A DNA stretch of 64,000 nt from Balanoglossus misakiensis (lineage: Eukaryota > Animalia > Hemichordata), in assembly GCA_040954595.2 (NCBI GenBank), contig CM082594.2, positions 1,754,247 through 1,818,246 on the forward strand, read 5' to 3'. The notes below the pieces were generated by a model. That model saw nothing but the letters and a program-made list of their open reading frames with translations. It did not search any database and had not been told where the DNA came from. The position numbers were made by a program, and so were the translations under genes. Positions 25,921 through 39,852 of the stretch are shown in pieces; position 1 is the stretch's first letter; every line of letters begins with the position of its first letter.

Positions 25921-27110
25921 GAATTTTTCCTTTTTCTTAACTTTTGCATTAAACAGTCTTCCTTTTTGCCGTCGTAAACGTCCATTTTTAATTATTGTTT
26001 TTTCTCCAAATTCTTTAATTCCATGATCATATATTTTTGTTGAACATAACTTCATAAACCGTTCTCTCCTGTATAGGTCTAAGCTATAGGCGCTCGATGG
26101 ACAACATACAAATTACCAGGTAGGGCTCGGAGTGAGTAGTGTCCAGCTTACGTTGAGTTCATTGTCGCAGAAATTCAAGCAGTCTTCGTTACATTGTTTT
26201 TAATTTTTCCTATTAGGCCTAAATAGTCTATTTATTATTTGTCGTCATATACATCAACTTCTTTCTTTCTTTAAATTCATGATTTCTATAACTACCTCAA
26301 TTCCACGATCATTCGAGTTTTTTTTTGCAGAACATAGCAAAACAAAACCGTTCGCTCTCGTGCTGTTTGCGTGTGTTAGTACTAGGCTAAAGCTTCGTTT
26401 GGGTAAATAGTCGCAGAAACTCCAGCGGCTTTCAATTTTTGGTTTTTAAGTCCAATTTGGTGTATGATGTTAATATACCATTGGGACCTTATGGGGTCGG
26501 TTACATCTGTATGTCATAAACGTCATTTAAAAAAAAAAAAATTCATCTTTCAAGTGTTTTGCATAACATGCCAAGACAAACCCGTTCCCTCCAATATAAG
26601 ATAGGGACGGTAATTAATTGCAATAGGGGCCTAATAAACAGAGGATGGTCTAAAAGATATCGTTGGTGGTGCTATCCCGGACAGCCAGGGTCACGATGGG
26701 GTCACGTACGTCTATGATACAGCAAACAAGTCAACTCCACGCTAAATTCAACCTGTCCGCCGGACTGGTAACTTTTTTACTATCAGTCTGATGGAAAAAC
26801 AACCAGTCTCGGACTGTCGGACAGGCGTTATATCGAATAGTGTGTCTTGCATAACATACCAATATAGGCCTTAGATAGGGACGGTCGATCGGCCACACAA
26901 ATTATCAGGTCATTATTTCTCCACTTTAATATGGTCACTTTTTGTAGGATATAACAAGACAAAACCGCTCTCTCCCATATAAATTATAAGATAGGGTCGG
27001 TCAATCAGCTGGCCACGCACACAATTATCGTGCCGCGTGCTCTGTGTGTACGCCTATGTGTTAGTGAAGCTTCCGTTTGCTTAATAATCGTAGAAATTCA
27101 AGCAGTGTTT

Positions 27111-27230
27111 GCCTACGGCCATACCACGTCGAATACACCGGTTCTCGTCCGATCACCGAAGTTAAGCTGCGTTGGGCGTGGTTAGTACTTGGACGGGTGA
27201 CCGCCTGGTAATACCATGTGCCGTAGGCTT
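27111..27230 (+). rRNA. RNA5S: 5S rRNA variant (T84C, G99T, C107T)
   Basis: Full length. Confidence 0.87.
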
Positions 27231-28338
27231 GAATTTTTCCTTTTTCTTAACTTTTGCATTAAACAGTCTTCCTTTTTGTCGTCGTAAACGTCCATTTTTA
27301 ATTATTGTTTTTTCTCCAAATTCTTTAATTCCATGATCATATATTTTTGTTGAACATAACTTCATAAACCGTTCTCTCCTGTATAGGTCTAAGCTATAGG
27401 CGCTCGATGGACAACATACAAATTACCAGGTCGGGCTCGGAGTGAGTAGTGTCCAGCTTACGTTGAGTTCATTGTCGCAGAAATTCAAGCAGTCTTCATT
27501 ACATTGTTTTTAAACTTTCCTATTAGGCCTAAATAGTCTATTTATTATTTGTCGTCATATACATCAACTTCTTTCTTTCTTTAAATTCATGATTTCTATA
27601 ACTACCTCAATTCCACGATCATTCAAGTTTTTTTTTTGCAGAACATAGCAAAACAAAACCATTCGCTCTCGTGCTGTTTGCGTGTGTTAGTACTAGGCTA
27701 AAGCTTCGTTTGGGTAAATAGTCGCAGAAACTCCAGCGGCTTTCAATTTTTAGTTTTTAAGTCCAATTTGGTGTATGATGTTAATATACCATTGGGACCT
27801 TATGGGGTCGGTTAAATCTGTATGTCATAAACGTCATTTAAAAAAAAAATTCATCTTTCAAGTGTTTTGCATAACATGCCAAGACAAACCCGTTCCCTCC
27901 AATATAAGATAGGGACGGTAATTAATTGCAATAGGGGCCTAATAAACAGAGGATGGTCTAAAAGATATCGTAGGTGGTGCTATCCCGGACAGCCAGGGTC
28001 ACGATGGGGTCACGTACGTCTATGATACCGCAAACAAGTCAACTCCACGCTAAATTCAACCTGTCCGCCGGACTGGTAACTTTTTTTACTATCAGTCTGA
28101 TGGAAAAACAACCAGTCTCGGACTGTTGGACAGGCGTTATTTCGAATAGTGTGTCTTGCATAACATACCAATATAGGCCTTAGATAGGGACGGTCGATCG
28201 GCCACACAAATTATCAGGTCATTATTTCTCCACTTTAATATGGTCACTTTTTGTAGGATATAACAAGACAAAACCGCTCTCTCCCATATAAATTATAAGA
28301 TAGGGTCGGTCAATCAGCTGGCCACGCACACAATTATC

Positions 28339-28382
28339 GTTAGTACTTGTGACCGCCTGGGAATACCACGTGCCGTAGGCTT
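28339..28382 (+). pseudogene. RNA5S: 5'-deleted 5S pseudogene with extra box C deletion
   Basis: ATTATCG|TTAGTACTT|GTGACC: upstream flank plus nt 1-70 deleted, and GGATGG also lost. Confidence 0.92.
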
Positions 28383-28889
28383 GAATTTTTCCTTTTTCTT
28401 AACTTTTGCATTAAACAGTCTTCCTTTTTGTCGTCGTAAACGTCCATTTTTAATTATATTTTTTTTCTCCAAATTCTTTAATTCCATGATCATATATTTT
28501 TGTTGAACATAACTTCATAAACCGTTCTCTCCTGTATAGGTCTAAGCTATAGGCGCTCGATGGACAACATACAAATTACCAGGTCGGGCTCGGAGTAAGT
28601 AGTGTCCAGCTTACGTTGAGTTCATTGTCGCAGAAATTCAAGCAGTCTTCAACTCAACGTAAGATGGACACTACTCACTCCGAGCTCGACCTGGTAATTT
28701 GTATGTTGTCCATCGAGCGCCTATAGCTTAGACCTATACAGGAGAGAACGGTTTATGAAGTTATGTTCAAAAAAAATATATGATCATGGAATTAAAGAAT
28801 TTGGACAAAAAAAAATAATTAAAAATGGACGTTTACGACGACAAAAAGGAAGACTGTTTAATGCAAAAGTTAAGAAAAACGAAAAATTC

Positions 28890-28939
28890 AAGCCTATGGC
28901 ACGTGGTATTCCCAGGCGGTCACCCATCCAAGTACTAAC
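28890..28939 (-). pseudogene. RNA5S: 5'-deleted 5S pseudogene
   Basis: GTACTAAC|GATAATTG junction, only nt ~71-120 retained. Confidence 0.92.
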
Positions 28940-30049
28940 GATAATTGTGTGCGTGGCCAGCTGATTGACCGACCCTATCTTATAATTTATATGGGAGAGA
29001 GCGGTTTTGTCTTGTTATATCCTACAAAAAGTGACCATATTAAAGTGGAGAAATAATGACCTGATAATTTGTGTGGCCGATCGACCGTCCCTATCTAAGG
29101 CCTATATTGGTATGTTATGCAAGACAAACTATTCGAAAAAACGCCTGTCCGACAGTCCGAGACTGGTTGTTTTTCCATCAGACTGATAGTAAAAAAAGTT
29201 ACCAGTCCGGCGGAGAGGTTGAATTTAGCGTGGAGTTGACTTGTTTGCGGTATCATAGACGTACGTGACCCCATCGTGACCCTGGCTGTCCGGGATAGCA
29301 CCACCAACGATATCTTTTAGACCATCCTCTGTTTATTAGGCCCCTATTGCAATTAATTACCGTCCCTATCTTATATTGGAGGGAACGGGTTTGTCTTGGC
29401 ATGTTATGCAAAACACTTGAAAGATGAATTTTTTTTTTTTAAATGACGTTTATGACATACAGATGTAACCGACACCATAAGGTCCCAATGGTATATTAAC
29501 ATCATACACCAAATTGGACTTAAAAACCAAAAATTGAAAGCCGCTGGAGTTTCTGCGACTATTTACCCAAACGAAGCTTGAACCTAGTACTAACACACGC
29601 AAACAGCACGAGAGCGAACGGTTTTGTTTTGCTATGTTCTGCAAAAAAAAACTTGAATGATCGTGGAATTGAGGTAGTTATAGAAATCATGAATTTAAAG
29701 AAAGAAAGAAGTTGATGTATATGACGACAGATAATAAATAGACTATTTAGGCCTAATAGGAAAGTTTAAAAACAATGTAATGAAGACTGCTTGAATTTCT
29801 GCGACAATGAACTCAACGTAAGCTGGACACTACTCACTCCGAGCCCGACCTGGTAATTTGTATGTTGTCCATCGAGCGCCTATAGCTTAGACCTATACAG
29901 GAGAGAACGGTTTATGAAGTTATGTTCAACAAAAATATATGATCATGGAATTAAAGAATTTGGAGAAAAAAAATATAATTAAAAATGGACGTTTACGACG
30001 ACAAAAAGGAAGACTGTTTAATGCAAAAGTTAAGAAAAAGGAAAAATTC

Positions 30050-30099
30050 AAGCCTACGGCACGTGGTATTCCCAGGCGGTCACCCATCCAAGTACTAAC
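30050..30099 (-). pseudogene. RNA5S: 5'-deleted 5S pseudogene
   Basis: Same deletion junction. Confidence 0.92.
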
Positions 30100-31207
30100 G
30101 ATAATTGTGTGCGTGGCCAGCTGATTGACCGAACCCTATCTTATAATTTATATGGGAGAGAGCGGTTTTGTCTTGTTATATCCTACAAAAAGTGACCATA
30201 TTAAAGTGGAGAAATAATGACCTGATAATTTGTGTGGCCGATCGACCGTCCCTATCTAAGGCCTATATTGGTATGTTATGCAAGACACACTATTCGAAAT
30301 AACGCCTGTCCGACAGTCCGAGACTGGTTGTTTTTCCATCAGACTGATAGTAAAAAAGTTACCAGTCCGGCGGACAGGTTGAATTTAGCGTGGAGTTGAC
30401 TTGTTTGCGGTATCATAGACGTACGTGACCCCATCGTGACCCTGGCTGTCCGGGATAGCACCACCAACGATATCTTTTAGACCATCCTCTGTTTATTAGG
30501 CCCCTATTGCAATTAATTACCGTCCCTATCTTATATTGGAGGGAACGGGTTTGTCTTGGCATGTTATGCAAAACACTTGAAAGATGAATTTTTTTTTTTA
30601 AATGACGTTTATGACATACAGATGTAACCGACACCATAAGGTCCCAATGGTATATTAACATCATACACCAAATTGGACTTAAAAACCAAAAATTGAAAGC
30701 CGCTGGAGTTTCTGCGACTATTTACCCAAACGAAGCTTTAGCCTAGTACTAACACACGCAAACAGCACGAGAGCGAACGGTTTTGTCTAGCTATGTTCTG
30801 CAAAAAAAAACTTGAATGATCGTGGAATTGAGGTAGTTATAGAAATCATGAATTTAAAGAAAGAAAGAAGTTGATGTATATGACGACAAATAATAAATAG
30901 ACTATTTAGGCCTAATAGGAAAGTTTAAAAACAATGTAATGAAGACTGCTTGAATTTCTGCGACAATGAACTCAACGTAAGCTGGACACTACTCACTCCG
31001 AGCCCGACCTGGTAATTTGTATGTTGTCCATCGAGCGCCTATAGCTTAGACCTATACAGGAGAGAACGGTTTATGAAGTTATGTTCAACAAAAATATATG
31101 ATCATGGAATTAAAGAATTTGGAGAAAAAACAATAATTAAAAATGGACGTTTACGACGACAAAAAGGAAGACTGTTTAATGCAAAAGTTAAGAAAAAGGA
31201 AAAATTC

Positions 31208-31327
31208 AAGCCTACGGCACATGGTATTCCCAGGCGGTCACCCATCCACGTACTAACCACGCCCAACGCAGCTTAACTTCGGTGATCGGACGAGAACCGG
31301 TGTATTCGACGTGGTATGGCCGTAGGC
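31208..31327 (-). rRNA. RNA5S: 5S rRNA variant (T79G, C107T)
   Basis: Full length. Confidence 0.9.
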
Positions 31328-32517
31328 AAACACTGCTTGAATTTCTACGATTATTAAGCAAACGGAAGCTTCACTAACACATAGGCGTACACACAGAGCA
31401 CGCGGCACGATAATTGTGTGCGTGGCCAGCTGATTGACCGACCCTATCTTATAATTTATATGGGAGAGAGCGGTTTTGTCTTGTTATATCCTACAAAAAG
31501 TGACCATATTAAAGTGGAGAAATAATGACCTGATAATTTGTGTGGCCGATCGACCGTCCCTATCTAAGGCCTATATTGGTATGTTATGCAAGACACACTA
31601 TTCGATATAACGCCTGTCCGACAGTCCGAGACTGGTTGTTTTTCCATCAGACTGATAGTAAAAAAAGTTACCAGTCCGGCGGACAGGTTGAATTTAGCGT
31701 GGAGTTGACTTGTTTGCGGTATCATAGACGTACGTGACCCCATCGTGACCCTGGCTGTCCGGGATAGCACCACCAACGATATCTTTTAGACCATCCTCTG
31801 TTTATTAGGCCCCTATTGCAATTAATTACCGTCCCTATCTTATATTGGAGGGAACGGGTTTGTCTTGGCATGTTATGCAAAACACTTGAAAGATGAATTT
31901 TTTTTTTTTAAATGACGTTTATGACATACAGATGTAACCGACCCCATAAGGTCCCAATGGTATATTAACATCATACACCAAATTGGACTTAAAAACCAAA
32001 AATTGAAAGCCGCTGGAGTTTCTGCGACTATTTACCCAAACGAAGCTTTAGCCTAGTACTAACACACGCAAACAGCACGAGAGCGAACGGTTTTGTTTTG
32101 CTATATTCTGCAAAAAAAAACTCGAATGATCGTGGAATTGAGGTAGTTATAGAAATCATGAATTTAAAGAAAGAAAGAAGTTGATGTATATGACGACAAA
32201 TAATAAATAGACTATTTAGGCCTAATAGGAAAGTTTAAAAACAATGTAATGAAGACTGCTTGAATTTCTGCGACAATGAACTCAACGTAAGCTGGACACT
32301 ACTCACTCCGAGCCCGACCTGGTAATTTGTATGTTGTCCATCGAGCGCCTATAGCTTAGACCTATAGAGGAGAGAACGGTTTATGAAGTTATGTTCAACA
32401 AAAATATATGATCATGGAATTAAAGAATTTAGAGAAAAAACAATAATTAAAAATGGACGTTTACGACGACCAAAAGGAAGACTGTTTAATGCAAAAGTTA
32501 AGAAAAAGGAAAAATTC

Positions 32518-32567
32518 AAGCCTACGGCACGTGGTATTCCCAGGCGGTCACCCATCCAAGTACTAAC
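32518..32567 (-). pseudogene. RNA5S: 5'-deleted 5S pseudogene
   Basis: Same deletion junction. Confidence 0.92.
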
Positions 32568-33674
32568 GATAATTGTGTGCGTGGCCAGCTGATTGACCGA
32601 CCCTATCTTATAATAATATGGGAGAGAGCGGTTTTGTCTTGTTATATCCTACAAAAAGTGACCATATTAAAGTGGAGAAATAATGACCTGATAATTTGTG
32701 TGGCCGATCGACCGTCCCTATCTAAGGCCTATATTGGTATGTTATGCAAGACACACTATTCGAAATTACGCCTGTCCGACAGTCCGAGACTGGTTGTTTT
32801 TCCTTCAGACTGATAGTAAAAAAAGTTACCAGTCCGGCGGACAGGTTGAATTTAGCGTGGAGTTGACTTGTTTGCGGTATCATAGACATACGTGACCCCA
32901 TCGTGACCCTGGCTGTCCGGGATAGCACCACCAACGATATCTTTTAGACCATCCTCTGTTTATTAGGCCCCTATTGCAATTAATTACCGTCCCTATCTTA
33001 TATTGGAGGGAACGGGTTTGTCTTGGCATGTTATGCAAAACACTTGAAAGATGAATTTTTTTTTTAAAATGACGTTTATGACATACAGATGAATCCGACC
33101 CCATAAGGTCCCAATGGTATATTAACATCATACACCAAATTGGACTTAAAAACCAAAAATTGAAAGCCGCTGGAGTTTCTGCGACTATTTACCCAAACGA
33201 AGCTTTAGCCTAGTACTAACACACGCAAACAGCACGAGAGCGAACGGTTTTGTTTTGCTATGTTCTGCAAAAAAAAACTTGAATGATCGTGGAATTGAGG
33301 TAGTTATAGAAATCATGAATTTAAAGAAAGAAAGAAGTTGATGTATATGACGACAAATAATAAATAGACTATTTAGGCCTAATAGGAAAGTTTAAAAACA
33401 ATGTAATGAAGACTGCTTGAATTTCTGCGACAATGAACTCAACGTAAGCTGGACACTACTCACTCCGAGCCCGACCTGGTAATTTGTATGTTGTCCATCG
33501 AGCGCCTATAGCTTAGACCTATACAGGAGAGAACGGTTTATGAAGTTATGTTCAACAAAAATATATGATCATGGAATTAAAGAATTTGGAGAAAAAACAA
33601 TAATTAAAAATGGACGTTTACGACGACAAAAAGGAAGACTGTTTAATGCAAAAGTTAAGAAAAAGGAAAAATTC

Positions 33675-33794
33675 AAGCCTACGGCACGTGGTATTCCCAG
33701 GCGGTCACCCATCCAAGTACTAACCACGCCCAACGCAGCTTAACTTCGGTGATCGGACGAGAACCAGTGTATTCGACGTGGTATGGCCGTAGGC
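33675..33794 (-). rRNA. RNA5S: 5S rRNA (variant C29T)
   Basis: Full length. Confidence 0.93.
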
Positions 33795-34984
33795 AAACAC
33801 TGCTTGAATTTCTACGATTATTAAGCAAACGGAAGCTTCACTAACACATAGGCGTACACACAGAGCACGCGGCACGATAATTGTGTGCGTGGCCAGCTGA
33901 TTGACCGACCCTATCTTATAATTTATATGGGAGAGAGCGGTTTTGTCTTGTTATATCCTACAAAAAGTGACCATATTAAAGTGGAGAAATAATGACCTGA
34001 TAATTTGTGTGGCCGATCGACCGTCCCTATCTAAGGCCTATATTGGTATGTTATGCAAGACACACTATTCGATATAACGCCTGTCCGACAGTCCGAGACT
34101 GGTTGTTTTTCCATCAGACTGATAGTAAAAAAAGTTACCAGTCCGGCGGACAGGTTGAATTTAGCGTGGAGTTGACTTGTTTGCGGTATCATAGACGTAC
34201 GTGACCCCATCGTGACCCTGGCTGTCCGGGATAGCACCACCGACGATATCTTTTAGACCATCCTCTGTTTATTAGGCCCCTATTGCAATTAATTACCGTC
34301 CCTATCTTATATTGGAGGGAACGGTTTGTCTTGGCATGTTATGCAAAACACTTGAAAGATGAATTTTTTTTTTTTAAAATGACGTTTATGACATACAGAT
34401 GTAACCGACCCCATAAGGTCCCAATGGTATATTAACATCATACACCAAATTGGACTTAAAAACCAAAAATTGAAAGCCGCTGGAGTTTCTGCGACTATTT
34501 ACCCAAACGAAGCTTTAGCCTAGTACTAACACACGCAAACAGCACGAGAGCGAACGGTTTTGTTTTGCTATGTTCTGCAAAACAAACAAACTTGAATGAT
34601 CGTGGAATTGAGGTAGTTATAGAAATCATGAATTTAAAGAAAGAAAGAAGTTGATGTATATGACGACAAATAATAAATAGACTATTTAGGCCTAATAGGA
34701 AATTAAAAACAATGTAATGAAGACTGCTTGAATTTCTGCGACAATGAACTCAACGTAAGCTGGACACTACTCACTCCGAGCTCGACCTGGTAATTTGTAT
34801 GTTGTCCATCGAGCGCCTATAGCTTAGACCTATACAGGAGAGAACGGTTTATGAATTTATGTTCAACAAACATATATGATCATGGAATTAAAGAATTTGG
34901 AGAAAAACAATAATTAAAAATGGACGTTTACGACGACAAAAAGGAAGACTGTTTAATGCAAAAGTTAAGAAAAAGGAAAAATTC

Positions 34985-35104
34985 AAGCCTACGGCACGTG
35001 GTATTCCCAGGCGGTCACCCATCCAAGTACTAAGCACGCCCAACGCAGCTTAACTTCGGTGATCGGACGAGAACCGGTGTATTCGACGTGGTATGGCCGT
35101 AGGC
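34985..35104 (-). rRNA. RNA5S: 5S rRNA (variant G71C)
   Basis: Full length. Confidence 0.93.
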
Positions 35105-36295
35105 AAACACTGCTTGAATTTCTACAATTATTAAGCAAACGGAAGCTTCACTAACACATAGGCGTACACACAGAGCACGCGGCACGATAATTGTGTGCGT
35201 GGCCAGCTGATTGACCGGCCCTATCTTATAATTTATATGGGAGAGAGCGGTTTTGTCTTGTTATATCCTACAAAAGTGACCATATTAAAGTGGAGAAATA
35301 ATGACCTGATAATTTGTGTGGCCGATCGACCGTCCCTATCTAAGGCCTATATTGGTATGTTATGCAAGACACACTATTCGAAATAACGCCTGTCCGACAG
35401 TCCGAGACTGGTTGTTTTTCCATCAGACTGATAGTAAAAAAGTTACCAGTCCGGCGGACAGGTTGAATTTAGCGTGGAGTTGACTTGTTTGCGGTATCAT
35501 AGATGTACGTGACCCCATCGTGACCCTGGCTGTCCGGGATAGCACCACCAACGATATCTTTTAGACCATCCTCTGTTTATTAGGCCCCTATTGCAATTAA
35601 TTACCGTCCCTATCTTATATTGGAGGGAACGGGTTTGTCTTGGCATGTTATGCAAAACACTTGAAAGATGAATTTTTTTTTTTTTAAATGACGTTTATGA
35701 CATACAGATTTAATCGACCCCATAAGGTCCCAATGGTATATTAACATCATACACCAAATTGGACTTAAAAACCAAAAATTGAAAGCCGCGGGAGTTTCTG
35801 CGACTGTTTACCCAAACGAAGCTTTAGCCTAGTACTAACACACGCAAACAGCACGAGAGCGAACGGTTTTGTTTTGCTATGTTCTGCAAAAAAAAAAAAC
35901 TTGAATGATCGTGGAATTGAGGTAGTTATAGAAATCATGAATTTAAAGAAAGAAAGAAGTTGATGTATATGACGACAAATAATAAATAGACTATTTAGGC
36001 CTAATAGGAAAGTTTAAAAACAATGTAATGAAGACTGCTTGAATTTCTGCGACAATGAACTCAACGTAAGCTGGACACTACTCACTCCGAGCCCGACCTG
36101 GTAATTTGTATGTTGTCCATCGAGCGCCTATAGCTTAGACCTATACAGGAGAGAACGGTTTATGAATTTATGTTCAACAAACATATATGATCATGGAATT
36201 AAAGAATTTGGAGAAAAAAAATAATTAAAAATGGACGTTTACGACGACAAAAAGGAAGACTGTTTAATGCAAAAGTTAAGAAAAAGGAAAAATTC

Positions 36296-36415
36296 AAGCC
36301 TACGGCACGTGGTATTCCCAGGCGGTCACCCATCCAAGAACTAAGCACGCCCCACGCAGCTTAACTTCGGTGATCGGACGAGAACCGGTGTATTCGACGT
36401 GGTATGGCCGTAGGC
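36296..36415 (-). rRNA. RNA5S: 5S rRNA variant (T63G, G71C, A77T)
   Basis: Full length. Confidence 0.87.
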
Positions 36416-37358
36416 AAACACTGCTTGAATTTCTACGATTATTAAGCAAACGGAAGCTTCACTACCACATAGGCGTACACACAGAGCATGCGGCACGATA
36501 ATTGTGTGCGTGACCAGCTGATTGACGGACCCGATCTTATAATTTATATGGGAGAGAGCGGTTTTGTCTTGTTATATCCTACAAAAAGTGACCATATTAA
36601 AGTGGAGAAATAATGACCTGATAATTTGTGTGGCCGATCGACCGTCCCTATCTAAGGCCTATATTGGTATGTTATGCAAGACACACTATTCGAAATAACG
36701 CCTGTCCGACAGTCCGAGACTGGTTGTTTTTCCATCAGACTGATAGTAAAAAGTTACCAGTCCGGCGGAGAGGTTGAATTTAGCGTGGAGTTGACTTGTT
36801 TGCGGTATCATAGACGTACGTGACCCCATCGTGACCCTGGCTGTCCGAGATAGCACCACCAACGATATCTTTTAGACCATCCTCTGTTTATTAGGCCCCT
36901 ATTGCAATTAATTACCGTCCCTATCTTATATTGGAGGGAACGGGTTTGTCTTGGCATGTTATGCAAAACACTTGAAAGATGAATTTTGTTTTAAAAAAAT
37001 GACGTTTATGACATACAGATGTAACCGACCCCATAGGGTCCCAATGGTATATTAACATCATACACCAAATTGGACTTAAAAACCAAAAATTGAAAGCCGC
37101 TGGAGTTTCTGCGACTATGAACTCAACGTAAGCTGGACACTACTCACTCCGAGCCCGACCTGGTAATTTGTATGTTGTCCATCGAGCGCCTATAGCTTAG
37201 ACCTATATAGGAGAGAACGGTTTATGAAGTTATGTTCAACAAAAATATATAACCATGGAATTAAAGAATTTGGAGAAAAAACAATAATTAAAAATGGACG
37301 TTTACGACGACAAAAAGGAAGACTGTTTAATGCAAAAGTTAAGAAAAAGGAAAAATTC

Positions 37359-37477
37359 AAGCCTACGGCACGTGGTATTCCCAGGCGGTCACCCATCCAA
37401 GTACTAAGCACGCCCAACCAGCTTAACTTTGGTGATCGGACGAGAACCGGTGTATTCGACGTGGTATGGCCGTAGGC
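37359..37477 (-). rRNA. RNA5S: 5S rRNA variant (G48A, del60, G71C), likely pseudogene
   Basis: 119 nt, 1-nt deletion in box A/helix II. Confidence 0.8.
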
Positions 37478-38669
37478 AAACACTGCTTGAATTTCTACGA
37501 TTATTAAGCAAAACGGAAGCTTCACTACCACATAGGCGTACACACAGAGCACGCGGCACGATAATTGTGTGCGTGGCCAGCTGATTGACCGACCCTATCT
37601 TATAATTTATATGGGAGAGAGCGGTTTTGTCTTGTTATATCCTACAAAAAGTGACCATATTAAAATGGAGAAATAATGACCTGATAATTTGTGTGGCCGA
37701 TCGACCGTCCCTATCTAAGGCCTATATTGGTATGTTATGCAAGACACACTATTCGAAATAACGCCTGTCCGACAGTCCGAGACTGGTTGTTTTTCCATCA
37801 GACTGATAGTAAAAAAGTTACCAGTCCGGCGGAGAGGTTGAATTTAGCGTGGAGTTGACTTGTTTGCGGTATCATAGACGTACGTGACCCCATCGTGACC
37901 CTGGCTGTCCGAGATAGCACCACCAACGATATCTTTTAGACCATCCTCTGTTTATTAGGCCCCTATTGCAATTAATTACCGTCCCTATCTTTTATTGGAG
38001 GGAACGGGTTTGTCTTGGCCTATTATGCAAAACACTTGAAAGATGAATTTTTTTTTAAAAAATGACGTTTATGACATTCAGATTTAACCGACCCCATAAG
38101 GTCCCGATGGTATATTAACATCATACACCAAATTGGACTTAAAAACCAAAAATTGAAAGCCGCTGGATTTTCTGCGACTATTTACCCAAACGAAGCTTTA
38201 GCCTAGTACTAACACACGCAAACAGCACGAGAGCGAACGGTTTTGTTTTGCTATGTTCTGCAAAAAAAACAAACTTGAATGATCGTGGAATTGAGGTAGT
38301 TATAGAAATCATGAATTTAAAGAAAGAAAGAAGTTGATGTATATGACGACAAATAATAAATAGACTATTTAGGCCTAATAGGAAAGTTTAAAAACAATGT
38401 AATGAAGACTGCTTGAATTTCTGCGACAATGAACTCAACGTAAGCTGGACACTACTCACTCCGAGCCCGACCTGGTAATTTGTATGTTGTCCATCGAGCG
38501 CCTATAGCTTAGACCTATACAGGAGAGAACGGTTTATGAAGTTATGTTCAACAAAAATATATGATCATGGAATTAAAGAATTTGGAGAAAAAAAATAATT
38601 AAAAATGGACGTTTACGACGACAAAAAGGAAGACTGTTTAATGCAAAAGTTAAGAAAAAGGAAAAATTC

Positions 38670-38788
38670 AAGCCTACGGCACGTGGTATTCCCAGGCGGT
38701 CACCCATCCAAGTACTAAGCACGCCCAACCAGCTTAACTTTGGTGATCGGACGAGAACCGGTGTATTCGACGTGGTATCGCCGTAGGC
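38670..38788 (-). rRNA. RNA5S: 5S rRNA variant (C10G, G48A, del60, G71C), likely pseudogene
   Basis: 119 nt. Confidence 0.8.
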
Positions 38789-39733
38789 AAACACTGCTTG
38801 AATTTCTACGATTATTAAGCAAACGGAAGCTTCACTAACACATAGGCGTACACACAGAGCACGCGGCACGATAATTGTGTGCGTGGCCAGCTGATTGACC
38901 GACCCTATCTTATAATTTATATGGGAGAGAGCGGTTTTGTCTTGTTATATCCTACAAAAAGTGACCATATTAAAGTGGAGAAATAATGACCTGATAATTT
39001 GTGTGGCCGATCGACCGTCCCTATCTAAGGCCTATATTGGTATGTTATGCAAGACACAATATTCGAAATAACGCCTGTCCGACAGTCCGAGACTGGTTGT
39101 TTTTCCATCAGACTGATAGTAAAAAAGTTACCAGTCCGGCGGACAGGTTGAATTTAGCGTGGAGTTGACTTGTTTGCGGTATCATAGACGTACGTGACCC
39201 CATCGTGACCCTGGCTGTCCGGGATAGCACCACCAACGATATCTTTTAGACCATCCTCTGTTTATTAGCCCCTATTGCAATTAATTACCGTCCCTATCTT
39301 ATATTGGAGGGAACGGGTTTGTCTTGGCATGTTATGCAAAACACTTGAAAGATGAATTTTTTTTTAAAAAAATGACGTTTATGACATACAGATGTAACCG
39401 ACCCCATAAGGTCCCAATGATATATATTTACATCATACACCAAATTGGACTTAAAAACCAAAAATTGAAAGCCGCTGGAGTTTCTGCGACTATGAACTCA
39501 ACGTAAGCTGGACACTACTCACTCCGAGCCCGACCTGGTAATTTGTATGTTGTCCATCGAGCGCCTATAGCTTAGACCTATATAGGAGAGAACGGTTTAT
39601 GAAGTTATGTTCAACAAAAATATATAACCATGGAATTAAAGAATTTGGAGAAAAAACAATAATTAAAAATGGACGTTTACGACGACAAAAAGGAAGACTG
39701 TTTAATGCAAAAGTTAAGAAAAAGGAAAAATTC

Positions 39734-39852
39734 AAGCCTACGGCACGTGGTATTCCCAGGCGGTCACCCATCCAAGTACTAAGCACGCCCAACCAGCTTA
39801 ACTTTGGTGATCGGACGAGAACCGGTGTATTCGACGTGGTATGGCCGTAGGC
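39734..39852 (-). rRNA. RNA5S: 5S rRNA variant (G48A, del60, G71C), likely pseudogene
   Basis: 119 nt. Confidence 0.8.

Larger units (their letters stand above)
9278..28650 (+). repeat. 5S rDNA array block 2: long (~1310 bp) units, 14 full genes plus 1 deleted, plus strand
   Basis: Unit is the reverse complement of block 1 plus a ~250-bp extra spacer segment. Confidence 0.97.
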
